Below, in pieces: positions 1 through 12,990 of a DNA stretch of 64,000 bases. The DNA comes from Raillietiella orientalis (Eukaryota). The translations under genes were made by a program, and so were the position numbers. The DNA lies in NCBI GenBank assembly GCA_036172245.1, contig JAYWIR010000008.1, positions 3,410,001 to 3,474,000 on the forward strand. The letters run 5' to 3'. The stretch's first letter is position 1, and the number at the start of each line of letters is the position of its first letter. A model generated the notes under the pieces. It did no database searches and was not told the origin of the DNA. It saw only the letters and a list, made by a program, of their open reading frames with translations.

Positions 1-1681
1 CACGAAACGACCGGGTGGCGAACAGGGCGACCTTCCCCGAGACATAGTGGTCCTGATTTGCTGAAACGGCCTCCTCCTCCCGCCTTCCTGTTCGCACCAC
101 ACTTCGGAGGTCCTGGGATGGATGGAAGAGACCGATATTCCAGAGCCGCCCTTCCTCTCGTTTGCAGCGACTACAGCATTCGAAGGACGCCGGCCCACTG
201 CTTTCTCATCTTGCAGCTCTTCAGGCTGCCTTTACCCAGTATTGAAGGTTACTTCGATACTGAGTACGTTTTGCATGCGGTAAATCAAGCTGAGTAACGT
301 TTAAGCACACTTTCATGCAAAAACGCATCTCCTCGAGAAGGAACAACCGGGAGAATCCAACCCTCCATGCAGGTAGAAGAGTTTTTTTTTTTTTTCCCCA
401 TGTGGATGCATTTTTCTGCATGTACCTCACTCAGAAGTGAAAGCAATAGACCGTTTCTGCACTCTGCCACAAGCTTATCTTGCACTACCAATGGTGAATT
501 GTGAGCTCTGCAGATTAAAAACAGATGACACTGGCCAAGCTTGCTTGCCAAGGATTGTAGATTTGAAACAAAATACACTTCTAATGTAAAACTGACTGAG
601 TAACCAATTGCACTGAATTTAGATTTAATTCACCTTCTTTCGTTTTATTTGCAACAGAGACGTATAAAGCAAATTTGAGTAGCATTTTACTGGGCCTTGT
701 GCATCTATCCTCGGCCACCGCGAGCTCTTAAAAAGACCACACTAAAACTCGCAAGTACTGAGGAGGCATAACCACATAATGAGATAAATTTGCACTTGTA
801 TTTGATACAGAAACAGTCCTATGGCCAGGGTTCATTCTTAATGGCTTTAAGAATGCACATAAAAAAGGTATCACTTGAACAGTACAGTGCAAGTGTCACA
901 ACTTTAACAAAACTCTTTCGTCCCGATACCTGTACTCTCTTCACAAGATATGGAAGCACAAGGCTATTATCGCCCACTTTATTCAAAGACTGCTTATGCA
1001 TAACTTACCTGAAAGCAATATGCTCTACAGTTAGTCACATAGCATGCTGCCCATTACTTTCAGCATGCAGTCCCTTAAAACATGTCTTTCTCACCAAAAC
1101 AAAACTACTTAGAACATCAACATCTTGAATATTCAAGTCTTTTTTTTCTTTCCGAATATTGCAAAAAAAATACAACGAATAAAACTTTTTTGGAACTTCA
1201 ACTTTTTGTGGAAACTATTTATGCCTGCATTTTTCAAACAACTAGCAACATGCCTCCTTCATACCAGCACTTTGAGTGCCACATGAAAGTTGACTTCAAC
1301 ATATTCCAATTAGTGGATGCTAAATAAAATGAAACCGTCAAATAGATTAATACTATATCAAAACATGCAAAGTTCGAGGCATATGTTTACAAATATAAAG
1401 CTACATGCAATGCTTGAACTGAGTACCTGAACTACAAAATCGGACTTGATGGAAAACAAAAAAATGCTTATGCACATTGCAAATTAAAAATGCCTTTGAT
1501 TTCTTCTCAAATCGTCAAAAGTAATTGTAAAGTCTTATATACCAATATCTTTCACTTTCTTAGTTACAAACTATCTGGTGCAAATATATTAATCAGCCGT
1601 CTGTCAACAATGCATTCATTAATGGCGAATCATTAAAACTCTAGCATGAGGTCAGGAAAACTGGAGAATACTAATCATCTT

Positions 1682-2501
1682 TCAGAACTTTTTAGATCGC
1701 TGAGGTAGCAGCACTTCTTGTATTTGACGGAATACAAACAGCAGTCCATATTTGTTGTTTCGTCGAGAGAAATAGTTGCTGACCACATCATCCTCTGGGA
1801 GTTGACCTTATCTTCAATATGTCAAATGGCGATTACTGACCTTTATAAAGAGGTCTTGTCTCAGCCAAGGTGGGAAGCACATGATCATTAGCTGACAATG
1901 ATATCAGGAATATAAAAGGCACTAACCATATGCAAATACTGAAATAAGCAGTAACCTGCAACAGAAATACAAATTTGGCAATCTCTACAATTCTGTTCCT
2001 CACCTGACTGAATGGATAAAATACTGATGTGAAGTGACAAAATGCTAAATAATGATGAAGAATGAGCATGGCTGAAGAAAAAAACAGAAACAAGTGTAAG
2101 AAACCTTTGCTCTCTTACCTAAAGCTAGGATAAACACAAAAGAAAATAAATTGATGTAAGGGAAAGTCTGCAAAAAGACCAAATACAGCCCTTGGCTCAC
2201 CAGCCCACAGATAATCATCATCAAGGGGATGTCCTCAAAGAAGAAAAGTCCTATATAAGAAAGTATTACTCCCTACTAGAGTAATTTTGTTTGAATATTT
2301 ATACCCTCTCACCAGGATCAGATAATTAATAATCTTCCGGCTGAGTACTGTATACTCTTCAATAAGCTCAGCCAGATAGTAGAGGCCAGCAGCTGCAAGC
2401 ACATGTGTGAGCTACTCATAGCTGGTCCACCTACCCAGAGATAAGGTGGCAAAGCATATATGGATGCCAAGTGCCAACCAACTTAAGAGATATAGGAACA
2501 T
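1682..2501 (-). CDS. TEX261: TEX261/Svp26-family ER-Golgi cargo receptor membrane protein; 6 coding exons separated by short introns
   Basis: Spliced translation MFLYLLSWLALGIHICFATLSL|AAGLYYLAELIEEYTV...LQTFPYI...HYLAF...CIWLVPF..ISLSANDHVLP...DDVVSNYF...LPQRSKKF* matches recalled TEX261 motifs. ATG at 2501, TGA at 1682-1684, GT-AG introns (e.g. 2393-2434, 2273-2312). Confidence 0.93.
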
Positions 2502-2571
2502 GTTACAAACAGGCTGTCCAGCTCCTCAGCCTTAAATCATCATAGGTGATCTGAAAATAGAACATTTATTA

Positions 2572-4005
2572 TCATGCTGGAACTCTGTTCCTTGGTTGCA
2601 CACATGCAATTCTGCTGCTGAAGCAGCGAGAAACATCGTTAGTGTTTATTGTAAGCCCACAACAAGGACACACAGATGCCTTCTCACGTTTCCCACATAG
2701 ACATGATCGACACATGTAATGATGACATCCTAACTGGTATAAAACATGCACTTGCTTGCAGGAAGCACACTGAAGGGGGGATCCTATGTTGGTGCAACGT
2801 AATGGGGGGACTGAATCCAAAGCTTCGTCTAATGATTTCTCCAGATTTTGTACGTGCTTATTAGATGTCCCACTGCTCTGGGCATCTCTTTCAGATTTCA
2901 TTACACCCACATCAACATCTTTTCTAGAAATGCCACTTGCACATAGTGATTCTTGAATGTTGCAATACAAAGGATTGTTCTTATTTGAATCATCACTTGT
3001 TCGCTCATTTGTAGAGATGTAACTGAAATCATACATTCCTACAGTTTGAGGACCCATGAGATGAATTTTTTGTCGGGCACATTGGAATTGAAAATGTTCA
3101 ATTCTACTTTTGAGAGGAACATTCAAAATGGGCTGCCTAGATTTACTGAGTACGACTCCTGTGAAGGGATCTGAAGGTGGATGGCCTAATATCTCTTGTT
3201 CATGTATGAATCGTTCCAAAGTTGTTTGATCTACTGATTTTCCACATGGTAATAACATAGGAACTGTCATCATTTGATATGTAATGGGATCTATAAATTC
3301 TTCTGGAATGGAAAAAGCATCATCAATCTGAGCAGTAGGAGAGTCCTGATCCTCAACTGTCCGAACAGAAGATTTTCTATTCCAAAACTGACAATGTAGA
3401 TGAGAAGCAGTCCATGCAGCTAAAATCTCTCTCGTAATTTCTGGATCACAATGCATACTAATGCTTCCCCATACTTGCAAATCTTTTAAACATGGGATCC
3501 CAGAATTGGCCACTTTTGTAATTTCAATTTTAAGTTTTGAAATGCACTTCATGTTATTACTTGCTCTTACAGTATAGGTATCTCTTTCTACAGCTTGAGT
3601 TTTGCTTTCCGATGCATGCACTGAGGATCTGATTTTAATTACTTTTTCTCCTGAAGTATAAAATGCTATGGCATTACGCCATTGTTGAGAAGGCTTACTG
3701 CAGGTATGTGGACAGTCTTCAACAAATAATCTAAAGCCACGTGAGATTTGTGATCGATTATGAGAACTAAAAATGATTTCACTTATATTAATACATGCAC
3801 CAAATGACACAGTTATGCAAACTGGTGGCCTGATAAATCTTTCTGCCATGAAACCCTTGCTTCTAAGCTGCTGGTTTACAGAAATCAGATTAGTAACTTC
3901 ATATCCATCTTCTTCGATTACTGAGCTATTCACTGTTACGTTGGTACAAGGATGACAAAAATTTATACATGGTGCTAAACAATTTTTACTTTTAAAAGGT
4001 GGCAT
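2572..4005 (-). CDS. UBOX5: U-box + RING E3 ubiquitin ligase (UBOX5/RNF37/UIP5), single coding exon, 477 aa
   Basis: N-terminal GYEVTNLIS...GFMAERFIRPPV; U-box IPEEFIDPIT...PMLLPCGKSVDQTTLERF...PSDPFTG; C-terminal RING CASC...CHHYMCRSC...CPCC. Confidence 0.93.
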   Translation of the reverse strand: MPPFKSKNCLAPCINFCHPCTNVTVNSSVIEEDGYEVTNLISVNQQLRSKGFMAERFIRPPVCITVSFGACINISEIIFSSHNRSQISRGFRLFVEDCPHTCSKPSQQWRNAIAFYTSGEKVIKIRSSVHASESKTQAVERDTYTVRASNNMKCISKLKIEITKVANSGIPCLKDLQVWGSISMHCDPEITREILAAWTASHLHCQFWNRKSSVRTVEDQDSPTAQIDDAFSIPEEFIDPITYQMMTVPMLLPCGKSVDQTTLERFIHEQEILGHPPSDPFTGVVLSKSRQPILNVPLKSRIEHFQFQCARQKIHLMGPQTVGMYDFSYISTNERTSDDSNKNNPLYCNIQESLCASGISRKDVDVGVMKSERDAQSSGTSNKHVQNLEKSLDEALDSVPPLRCTNIGSPLQCASCKQVHVLYQLGCHHYMCRSCLCGKREKASVCPCCGLTINTNDVSRCFSSRIACVQPRNRVPA

Positions 4006-7000
4006 TCTCAGTAAGGTTTCAAAAATGAGCCTTTATCCCTCTCAGATATGTTTCTTTCTTACTAATAAGAAAAAAACGATAATTGATACAAAGTCATCAA
4101 ATTTAACTCCAAAATTTCCACTGTTTTAATAATTCCTTCAACCTATGTGCTTTCAACGCATATCAATCAAATCTCTGGCAGCCACTATTCGTGGATTTCA
4201 TTTTGAAAAGCATCTGAAATTCAACTTAATTAAATGAATCAAACATAATTACTTATGTTTCGAATGGTGACGTAATCTAAGCACTAATTACGTTTAGCAA
4301 TCGGTGACCATTATTGCTGAATTAAGCAGAAGTGGCAGATCATTCTAACTATTCCATGCAAACAAATTTTCAATAAGAGTATTCACTTATGAATTTCTTT
4401 ATTATTCAATACATAGGGATTAACAATACGTATTTCTGAGTTAAACTTTAGAAGTTGAGGTTGATACTTCAGTTCTAGGAACTAATTAAGGTAATACTTG
4501 AACTTTCATAATTCTTAAAATAACGAGAAGGTGCGTAAGCGAGAACTTCACAAACCTAGCTGGAACGGTCAAAATGAACAGTAAACCAATATTCTCACAA
4601 AATCAAATGCATCTAACCAGTGAAACATATTACTACTAGTTAGATAAATACAACTACAACTCTACATGCAACACATTCTCATAACACTTCCTCGTTTAAG
4701 GTGATTCGGACCACGCATACCAACATCGAAATTTTTAATTATGTGCGAGATTTAAAAGTTATGAAGATACCGTTCAACAATCTTGATGCTTCCAGATTCC
4801 TCTTAATGTAATGTTTAATTTTGGAATCCTGCTCAATTCATTTTGTATAGAATCATATTTATGTGTGCAATGTTTAATACTTGCAAGACGAGGGAACATT
4901 CCGCTCACACGGTAGATTAGGTCGATAAGTTATTACAAAGTGATTCTGTTCCAGGAAAGAAAAATTACTATGTGTCTTGAATTAGGAAATCAGGTTTTCA
5001 ACTAGTGTAATGCTTTGTTTGATATGGTGGGGGAAGAGGCCAGATAGAAATGCAGACAATCTTCCAAATATCTCATTAGACATTGATCCATTTTTTCACA
5101 AGATTAGTGGTTAGATGGTGTCTTTACTTTGTTCTCTCCTTATTTTTTTTTGGTGCTTCACGGAGCACATCATCAGAGGAATTCCTACTATTGCTTAGAT
5201 TATTGAAAAATAGCTAAAAAGTCATGCTTGTAGAGGATGCAACAACCAAAATAATTAATATTGGCATTCAAAGATTAATTAATCAAATCCACTGATTCCT
5301 TATTCTGATTTGCTATGCCTTCAGGAGTTGAAATACGTTCTTCTGAAATAATACTAAGATTATTACTGCAAACGCTTGAATTTGCAATCTTTTTTAAAAT
5401 GCACAATTAATATTACCGATATTAACGACAAATGGATATTAATTCAGTGAGAATTTTCAATGCCCATTTCATGATTATGAATATCTTCCTTTTTACTGCA
5501 ACAATTACACTTGCAACTCTTGTGCATTCAAATTTAGAGCCTCAATCTCAGAATCCATCAACTAATTATAAACATGAATAATTTCAGTGAAAATAAGAAA
5601 CTGTTGTCATTCACCTGAGTATCTTTGAAGTAAATGTTCCCATTCTTTCATGAGGAGAAAAGTTACGTAAAAACTAATGATACATAATAATGAGACTTTC
5701 ACAAAATAAGCTCTGACTCTTGTCAGATATGATTCGACTTGATCATCATTCTTACATTACTTGAAAGTATTCAAATTCTTTGAGAAGCAATCAAATGAAT
5801 GGAGAAATTAAAGGGAAATTATATACCATTGTTGTTTTTGAGCTATTTAGCAATCAACACTTTCAAAAGTAATAAATAATATTCTAGATGACTAAATAAT
5901 CTCCCAAAAAGCAATCGAAAATACCACAAATAAATGAAACATTTATCAGTAACGTCAAAGTCGTGATGATGTCTACGGGAAAAACACTGTTCACTTCTAT
6001 CTTGATGTAAAAGTAGATTAACTGATGAACTCATGACTAATCGTTAATCTCTATATTAAAGAGAACAGCAACTAACCAGGAAGAAAACATTACTTATGGA
6101 GAAAAAAGAATTTCGCTGGAATCTTATATACCTTGAAATCATACAAAAAACTAATAGATTTTGTGTTGTGATCTCACAAAAACAAAAATGGTGTAGAGAT
6201 TTAAACAAAATTCCATTTTTGTCGTCACAGAAACAGAAGCTTCCTTATATATTATAAGAATTCTGTGGAAGCCATACAAATGTGGTGATTTTTTTTCGAG
6301 TTATTTTTTTAATCCTTTAGTTTCCTTGAAACTAATTTTTTCGCATTCATAAGCAAACATGCAGATTATTAAATTAGAAGCAATCCATTAGTAATGAGAG
6401 GAAACAACACAATACTTCAGATTCAATTTTATGATCCTTGACTTCCTGAAGGAATCTGTGTGAAAAGAACAATGTTCGAAGATGAAGGAAAGGTTTTGAA
6501 GCATACTGAACTTTAGTCATATTAATCTTGGGGATTATTTAAATGACATGACTTACTTGGGAGGAATGTGACAATATTGTTATTCTGTGAAAAACAGCAC
6601 AAGACGATTCACTCTGGGACAACATCACAACTGAGCCTTGTTTGAGAGCAATTCAGAGCACATATGCATGCAGACCGCGGAAACAAGCAGTAGTGAGTAG
6701 AGCAAAATTTTCTAAGCTAGAGGATGTATCTTTTATCTTGTTTTCCGTATGAAAAACTGATATCATGATGGAATATGATGGAAATTTATCTCGAAATCCA
6801 TTTTGCATTGTACAATCTGCTTTACGTCCGGAAACTAAAGTAGGTGTTCCTCCTGATTTCGGAAGCAGAAACTTGAAAGACTAATTCGAAATCCCCAAAG
6901 GAAAGCATATTCACCATCAAGATGCCCTAAATGCTCATTCTTCTGAAATTGATTTCAGACTTTCCATTTGTTAGCTTCTTTCTGTTTCACCAAATGGACA

Positions 7001-7199
7001 CTTTGTAAGAAGCCAAGTTTTTCTTAACGGTGGTTTTGCACTATGTGTTCAATGAAGATGGAATCGTAATGAAAGACGATACACATAATATATCAAGCAA
7101 AGAATGTTGACTTTTTTAATCGAGCTGCACGAAGGATGCAGATGCTTTTCCACATTTCCACGTAATTGCATTTCAGCATGCTGAGAAGATTGATTTTGG

Positions 7200-7640
7200 T
7201 ATTATGATGGAGAAATCCTTGTTGAAACATTCAACTGTACAGTCCTGAATAAAGGGACATAGCTGCCTTTCCCATCTCGGGCATCCTAATGCAACACTTG
7301 AAGTCGGATTTGGGAAGCATCGACTTCCAAGTGACCGTTTCTTGTTTGTATCTCGATTTTCTTCGATGTGTGTGTTGGATTCCTTCTTGATCGAAGCAAG
7401 CACCCGCCACTTCATTCAAGCAAACTCGGTGAATCGAGTCGAATAGGAAAGTGGAACTTGTTTCAGGTGATTGTACTTCCTTTTCGTCATTGCGGCCATG
7501 CATTCCCACTTTCTTTTCCTATACGTTGCAGTTTTTGTGTACATGGCAGTTTCGGAAGACTTCGGAGTTATCGCGTGATCCTCCTTTGTAGTACGAAAGA
7601 TGAAAACATTCATTTGAATCTTCTCCAGGTGCTGGGACAC
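7200..7640 (+). mobile_element. Decayed Ty3/gypsy reverse-transcriptase fragment
   Basis: Ordered degenerate motifs: DGEILVETFNCTVLNKGT (~DGSxRxCVDYRKLNKxT), SCLYLDFLRCVCWIP (~FSxLDLxSGYWQIP), LFQVIVLPFRHCGHA (~LFEFxVMPFGLCNA), YRVILLCSTKDENIHLNLLQVL (~YLDDILIFSxTxEEHLxHLxQVL). Frameshifted; catalytic DD lost. Confidence 0.55.
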
Positions 7641-7649
7641 CCGATTCGA

Positions 7650-8470
7650 TTTCGTTTTTCGTTTCCCCCCTCCCCCCCCCCCCTTTCAAAAGGTAGCTTT
7701 GTTTATTCGCAGTGCTTTCGAACCACGGGAAGATACGAAAACAAACCTCGATGTGACCTAGAAAGCCCTGCAGCAGGAGCATCCTTTCGTGTGTCTCCGT
7801 ACTTTCTCTCTGTCGGAAGCAGCGAGACAAAAAAACAATCTCAAGAACGATAAGGAAAATTTTTCTCGCTTCGCGGCTGCTGTTTTCCCGTTCGGTTCCC
7901 CGTGGCGAATGGTTCGGTCCTTGGCGGTGGCTAATCTGGAATCGTCAGCATGTGTTGCTGTTGTTCCTCCTCTCCTCCTCCCCCCCTCCCCCCCGTGTGT
8001 GTACAGAACACGTCCCGGGCTTGCGAAAACCGTGGCTGCACTGCGCGCATTCCTCCTGCCTGCATCCAGGCCGTCCCCGCGGGGTCGCAGTGCGCACGCG
8101 CAGAACACCCTTACGTGGCAGAATGAATTTCGTGCGATGAATCGCAGTGGCCGCGCTTATTTGTGGCGCACTGCTGGTCGGGAAAGTGGCGACGGGAGGA
8201 AGTCCCCCTCAAAAAAAAAAAAAAAATCCTGGTCTTTCATTTTGGTCGCCTTCAACCTGAAAGTGTTGCTGACGTGTGGATGTTCCCTCTGGAGTGCAAG
8301 TTACGCGCCTACCACGGGAAAAGGGGCATTTTTTCCCGGCTGAACGGTGCCGAGTAACCTTCAGGATAATGCCATGTTTGAGATGCAACACGAAAAGTTG
8401 CTTAACACTTAGCTGTTCGGGAAAAGTGCCAGTGTTGTTGTTTTCAAAATTCGTTTTTCCCCCAGGTCAG
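7650..8470. promoter_or_regulatory. CpG-island-like GC-rich segment; probable promoter/first non-coding exon of SEC24
   Basis: Local rise in GC and CpG with C and A homopolymers, ending at a donor-like CCCAG|GTCAGT (~8466). Acceptor ACAG|G at ~9068 precedes the SEC24 ATG. Confidence 0.45.
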
Positions 8471-9101
8471 TGAGCACAGAATGTTCTGAAACGCGTTTTA
8501 GGAATATGGATTAAAAGCCTTTTTCGTGGTGAGAAATGTTTTAACAACCGAAAAGCTTTGAAGCATTTCTGTTAAATTTAGGACATGCGAACAATTTTGC
8601 TAAGGACTGTGTATTGTGAGTACATTTTTTTTCTTTTTTGTACCATGTATGCGTTGTTTCACATGAAATCAAGTACAACAGAAATGATGCGATTTAAACC
8701 ATGCTTGATACTAAGTAGAAAAAAATGAAAAGAGATGTAACGAAGTGTGTCTTCCTGAGTAAAATGATTGATTGGTGCTAATGCCTTTGGCTATTAGCAT
8801 TGACAGATTCTGTGCCAAACGTTGAATGATCTTTAATGATTACGCAATCTTCGTGATCATATGATTCTCCACAATCCGTTGTAAATCATTGTGTTTCCGA
8901 TGCATACATATTATTTCTATTTTAAATGCGATTAAAATCAGATTGGTTGCATTGCTTTTCATAAAATTCGTCTTTGCATTAGAAGTTTTGTGCTGTTAGA
9001 TATTATAATCTTACGCATAATAAAAGCGATGAAAATTCAGTATATAAACATGTTATTGATGATAACAGGATATTTGATATGCCAGTTAATTGGGACTAAG
9101 C

Positions 9102-12100
9102 ATGCATTCACAATATGCCGGTTATCCAACCCAGATGAATGGAGGAAATTACGTTGGCATGCGAGAAGAGCAACTTAAGCCGGGGAGTAAGTTAAAAACA
9201 AAGCATCTTGCAGAAGCATCTTATTGATAAATTTCACTGATTATAGGTTATCCTCCTCCTCCTCGGCCCTATGCGTCTTCTGCACAGGGAACACATGGTA
9301 AACTTTTCATTGTTCTGTTCAGTCATAAAACGAGTTTGATTTTTTGTGATATCAGTAATCTGTATGAAAATGTACTTTAATTTATAAAGTTACGTATACC
9401 ATGAATATGTAGACTACATGAGTTTGCAGTATTCTGTAATTGGCAAGATAGCCCTTAGAAATGCCAGTAAAAATTTGCTTTATAAAAATCATGTAGGTTA
9501 ATAAGAAAAGGAAAAAAAATCTCTGGCATTTAATTTTACATATATAATTGTATAAGCATTCCATTTAATTTAACCATTTGCTTTACAAGTGTTATATGAA
9601 GTCATTATGTATCTAACTTCAAGTTATTGTTTGTTGCTTATTAAATCATGTTAAATTTTCTCTTTCTAGGCTTACCTCAGATCAGACCAGAAAATTTGGC
9701 ACATGCAACCCAGCAAATGCATAATCTCTCTCTAAAAGAGCCCTTGCAAACTCCTAGGCAGGTACTACAGTAGTTTGCAAACAAAGAAAAGTGAAAAGAA
9801 TGCTGGAAGAATCTTTACTTGCAGTCAAATGGTTACTCTCCTGCGCCTTCTAATGCAAATTCTTTTAATTTGCAAGATCGAAGTATTTTGCCCCCTTTTC
9901 CAAATACTGGTGGACAATCACAATTGAATGGGATTAATCCAACTTCTAATGAGCAACGATGGATGCCAAATAAACCGTTATATGCAACATATCCTAATGT
10001 GCCCACTGTTTATGATCATGCTAATGGCCCTGCGATGAAACCAGAGCAGCCAATGACGTACAGCAGTGTACCACCAAACAGTTATCAACATGCAGCCCCT
10101 CCTCTGCAGCAGGTAATTCAAATTTACTTGTGTTCATGTCGCATGTTTGTTTTTTTAGAATAAACAGCTTGGCAATGGAAATCACATGCCACCAATTGAT
10201 TCCATGCAGAATGTGCTTCCTGCAGGTCCTGTTCCTCAGTCAAGACGTTTAAACCCAGATCAGATGCCAAGTCCTGTAAGTGAACTCCATGCATTTTCCA
10301 TGTATTTTTTGGATTAGGTCCAAGTGATTGAAGAAGATAGGAAGAATAAATCAGGAGTATATTACAGCCGTCCTAAAGGGGACATACCACCTCTTGTTAC
10401 TACACCATTTGTGAGCCAAGACCAGGGAAATGCATCTCCCCGTTTTGTGCGTTCATCTATGTATCAGATTCCTGATGCCCCTGATATGCTGAAACAAGTA
10501 GAAGATAGTGTTCATTTTTTCTTTTTCATTTAGAGATTTTTCAGTCTTCCATTCCCTTTGCTCTTACTGTTACACCATTTGCAACATTAGTTGAAGGTGA
10601 ATATGCACCTCCTTTGGCTGACATGGGAGATATGGGACCAGTTCGCTGTAATCGATGCAAAGCTTATATGTGTCCTTACATGCAGTTCATTGATGGAGGA
10701 CGGCGCTTTCAGTGTGCGTTTTGCAAAGCTACATCAGAAGGTATGAAGAGAAATAAACAAAAACATAGCATGTGTCATAGTGCCTGCCGAATATTTCCAG
10801 CATCTTGACCATTTAGGCCAACGAGTGGATAAGTTCCTGAAGCCAGAGTTATGTCTAGGAGCTTATGAATATCTGGCCACTAAAGATTATTGCAGAGTAC
10901 GTAGTTACTTAATAATAATAGACTGTTAATAATAATAGACATGATGTTTTGTAGAATGGCCAGTTGCCTGCTCCTCCTGTTCTTATATTTATCATTGATG
11001 TCAGTTATAATAATCAGAGAAATGGCTTGGTAGCATTGTTGTGTCAACAAATGAAGCAAGTTTTAGCAGAATTACAGCAACAAGTAGCTGGTGCTCAGTC
11101 AGCCATGCGTGTTGGCTTCATAACCTTTGACAAGGCAGTGCACTTCTACAATATTAAGGTAAATTCTGTTGCATATGGATATCGTTATTATCACAAGGCA
11201 GGGGTGTCTATCACAACCTCAAGTGCTTGTTGTTTCTGATGTTCAAGAAGTGTTTGTTCCTTTTCTGGATGGCTTTTTATGTGACATACAAGAGTCTGAG
11301 ACTGTTTTAAACAGTCTCATGGAACAGATCCCATCAATGTATGCTAATAATCGGGAAACCGAAACAGTGTTGGGACCAGCCATTCTTGCTGGTTTGGATG
11401 CTGTGAAGTCTGCAGGTTGCTGTGGAAGATTGCTGGTATTTCAAGCAACATTACCTATTGCAGAAGCGCCTGGAAAATTGAAAAATCGAGATGACCGCAA
11501 GTTTTTGGGAACAGATAAAGAGAAAACCGTACTAAGTGAGTATCTATGATAAATATGAATTTCTATTACACTTCAACAGCTCCACAAAGCAACTTCTATA
11601 CAAATCTTGGACAAGAATGTGTCAGCGTAGGCTGTGCTGTTGATTTATTCGTATTTCATAATGCTTTTGTTGACTTAGCTACTGTTGGGCAAGTAGCACG
11701 TATCACAGGTGGATCCATCCACAAGTATTCATATTTTCAGGTTTGTGAAATTTCTTTGTGTAATTTCCCCCTCCCCCTTTTTTTTCCATTGGTTTTAGGC
11801 CGAGATAGATGGTGAGCGTTTCATTAATGATTTGAAACAGCTCTTGAAGAAGCAGATAGCTTTTGATGTAACCATGCGAATACGCACTTCCACTGGAATT
11901 AGACCTGTAGACTTCTATGGTCATTTTTATATGGCCAATACAATGGATATGGAAATGGCTGTCTTGGATTGTGACAAATCTATTTGTGTAGAAATTAAGC
12001 ATGATGACAAGTTGACTGAGGAGGAAGGAGTGTTTATACAAGCAGCAGTGTTGTATACTTCATGTCAGGGACAAAGACGTTTACGCATTCTCAATGTGGC

Positions 12101-12990
12101 GTGGCAGATTTGCTCCAAACTTTCAGAGATGTTCCGTTGTTGTGAACTGGACACTTTGATGAATTTCTTAACAAAATGGGCTGTTTCTCGGGTGCCAGAA
12201 TCCACACCACGTAATTTGAGGGAAAGTCTTATCCAGAGAGTAGCACAGATCTTGGCTTGTTATCGAAAAAATTGTGCTTCACCATCTTCCTCTGCCCAGT
12301 TGATTCTCCCTGAGTGCATGAAACTGTTGCCCTTATATCTGAATTGTCTTTTGAAATCTGATGTACTTGCTGGTGGTGCTGATTTATCTGTTGATGATCG
12401 TGCTTTTCTGATGTACTCAGTGCAAACCATGGATGTCCATTCTTCATTGGTCTATTTGTATCCTCAGCTGTATCCACTTCACCTTATACATGAGCATACA
12501 GATAAACTGCCATCTATGTTACGTTGTTCCCAGGACAAGCTATCAGAAGATGGAGTCTTTTTACTAGGTCAGTTACAAAAAGTCTAACATATTGCGAAAA
12601 TGTCTTTGCTAGAAAATGGCATTTATTTATTCATATGGATTGGATCAAAAACACCATCTCAGTTTTTGTTATCAGTATTTAATGTGGCTGTGATCACACA
12701 ATTACATCCAGAAATGACATCACTTCCTTGTTTGAATAATCCCATTTCAATACAGATTCGACACTTTATTGATGAGATTCAGAAAGAGAGATCCAGAACC
12801 TTAAAGGTAAGTCATCTACTTGAACTATTGAAAATAATAGATTCCCTAGCTTGTGTTGGTTCCTCAAGATAGTAAGCTTGAAATTGTATTTCGCCATTTT
12901 CTTTGTGAAGATAAATTGTCAGAAGTTCATATGTCCTATATAGATTTTCTGTGCTTGATGCATAGGGAAATTAGAAATTTATTAAATTGA
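9102..12990 (+). CDS. SEC24C: COPII coat subunit Sec24C/D; many exons, introns mostly 40-60 nt
   Basis: P/Q-rich N-terminus ([11 protein letters not shown]...), [23 protein letters not shown], zinc finger [30 protein letters not shown], trunk FIIDVSY...[39 protein letters not shown]-terminal [18 protein letters not shown]. Start exon inferred from splice-consistent frame. Confidence 0.95.

Noticed and set aside
1..1600. Short ORFs and a possible exon downstream of TEX261
   Set aside because: No recognisable protein and no assemblable exon chain; probably UTR or intergenic.
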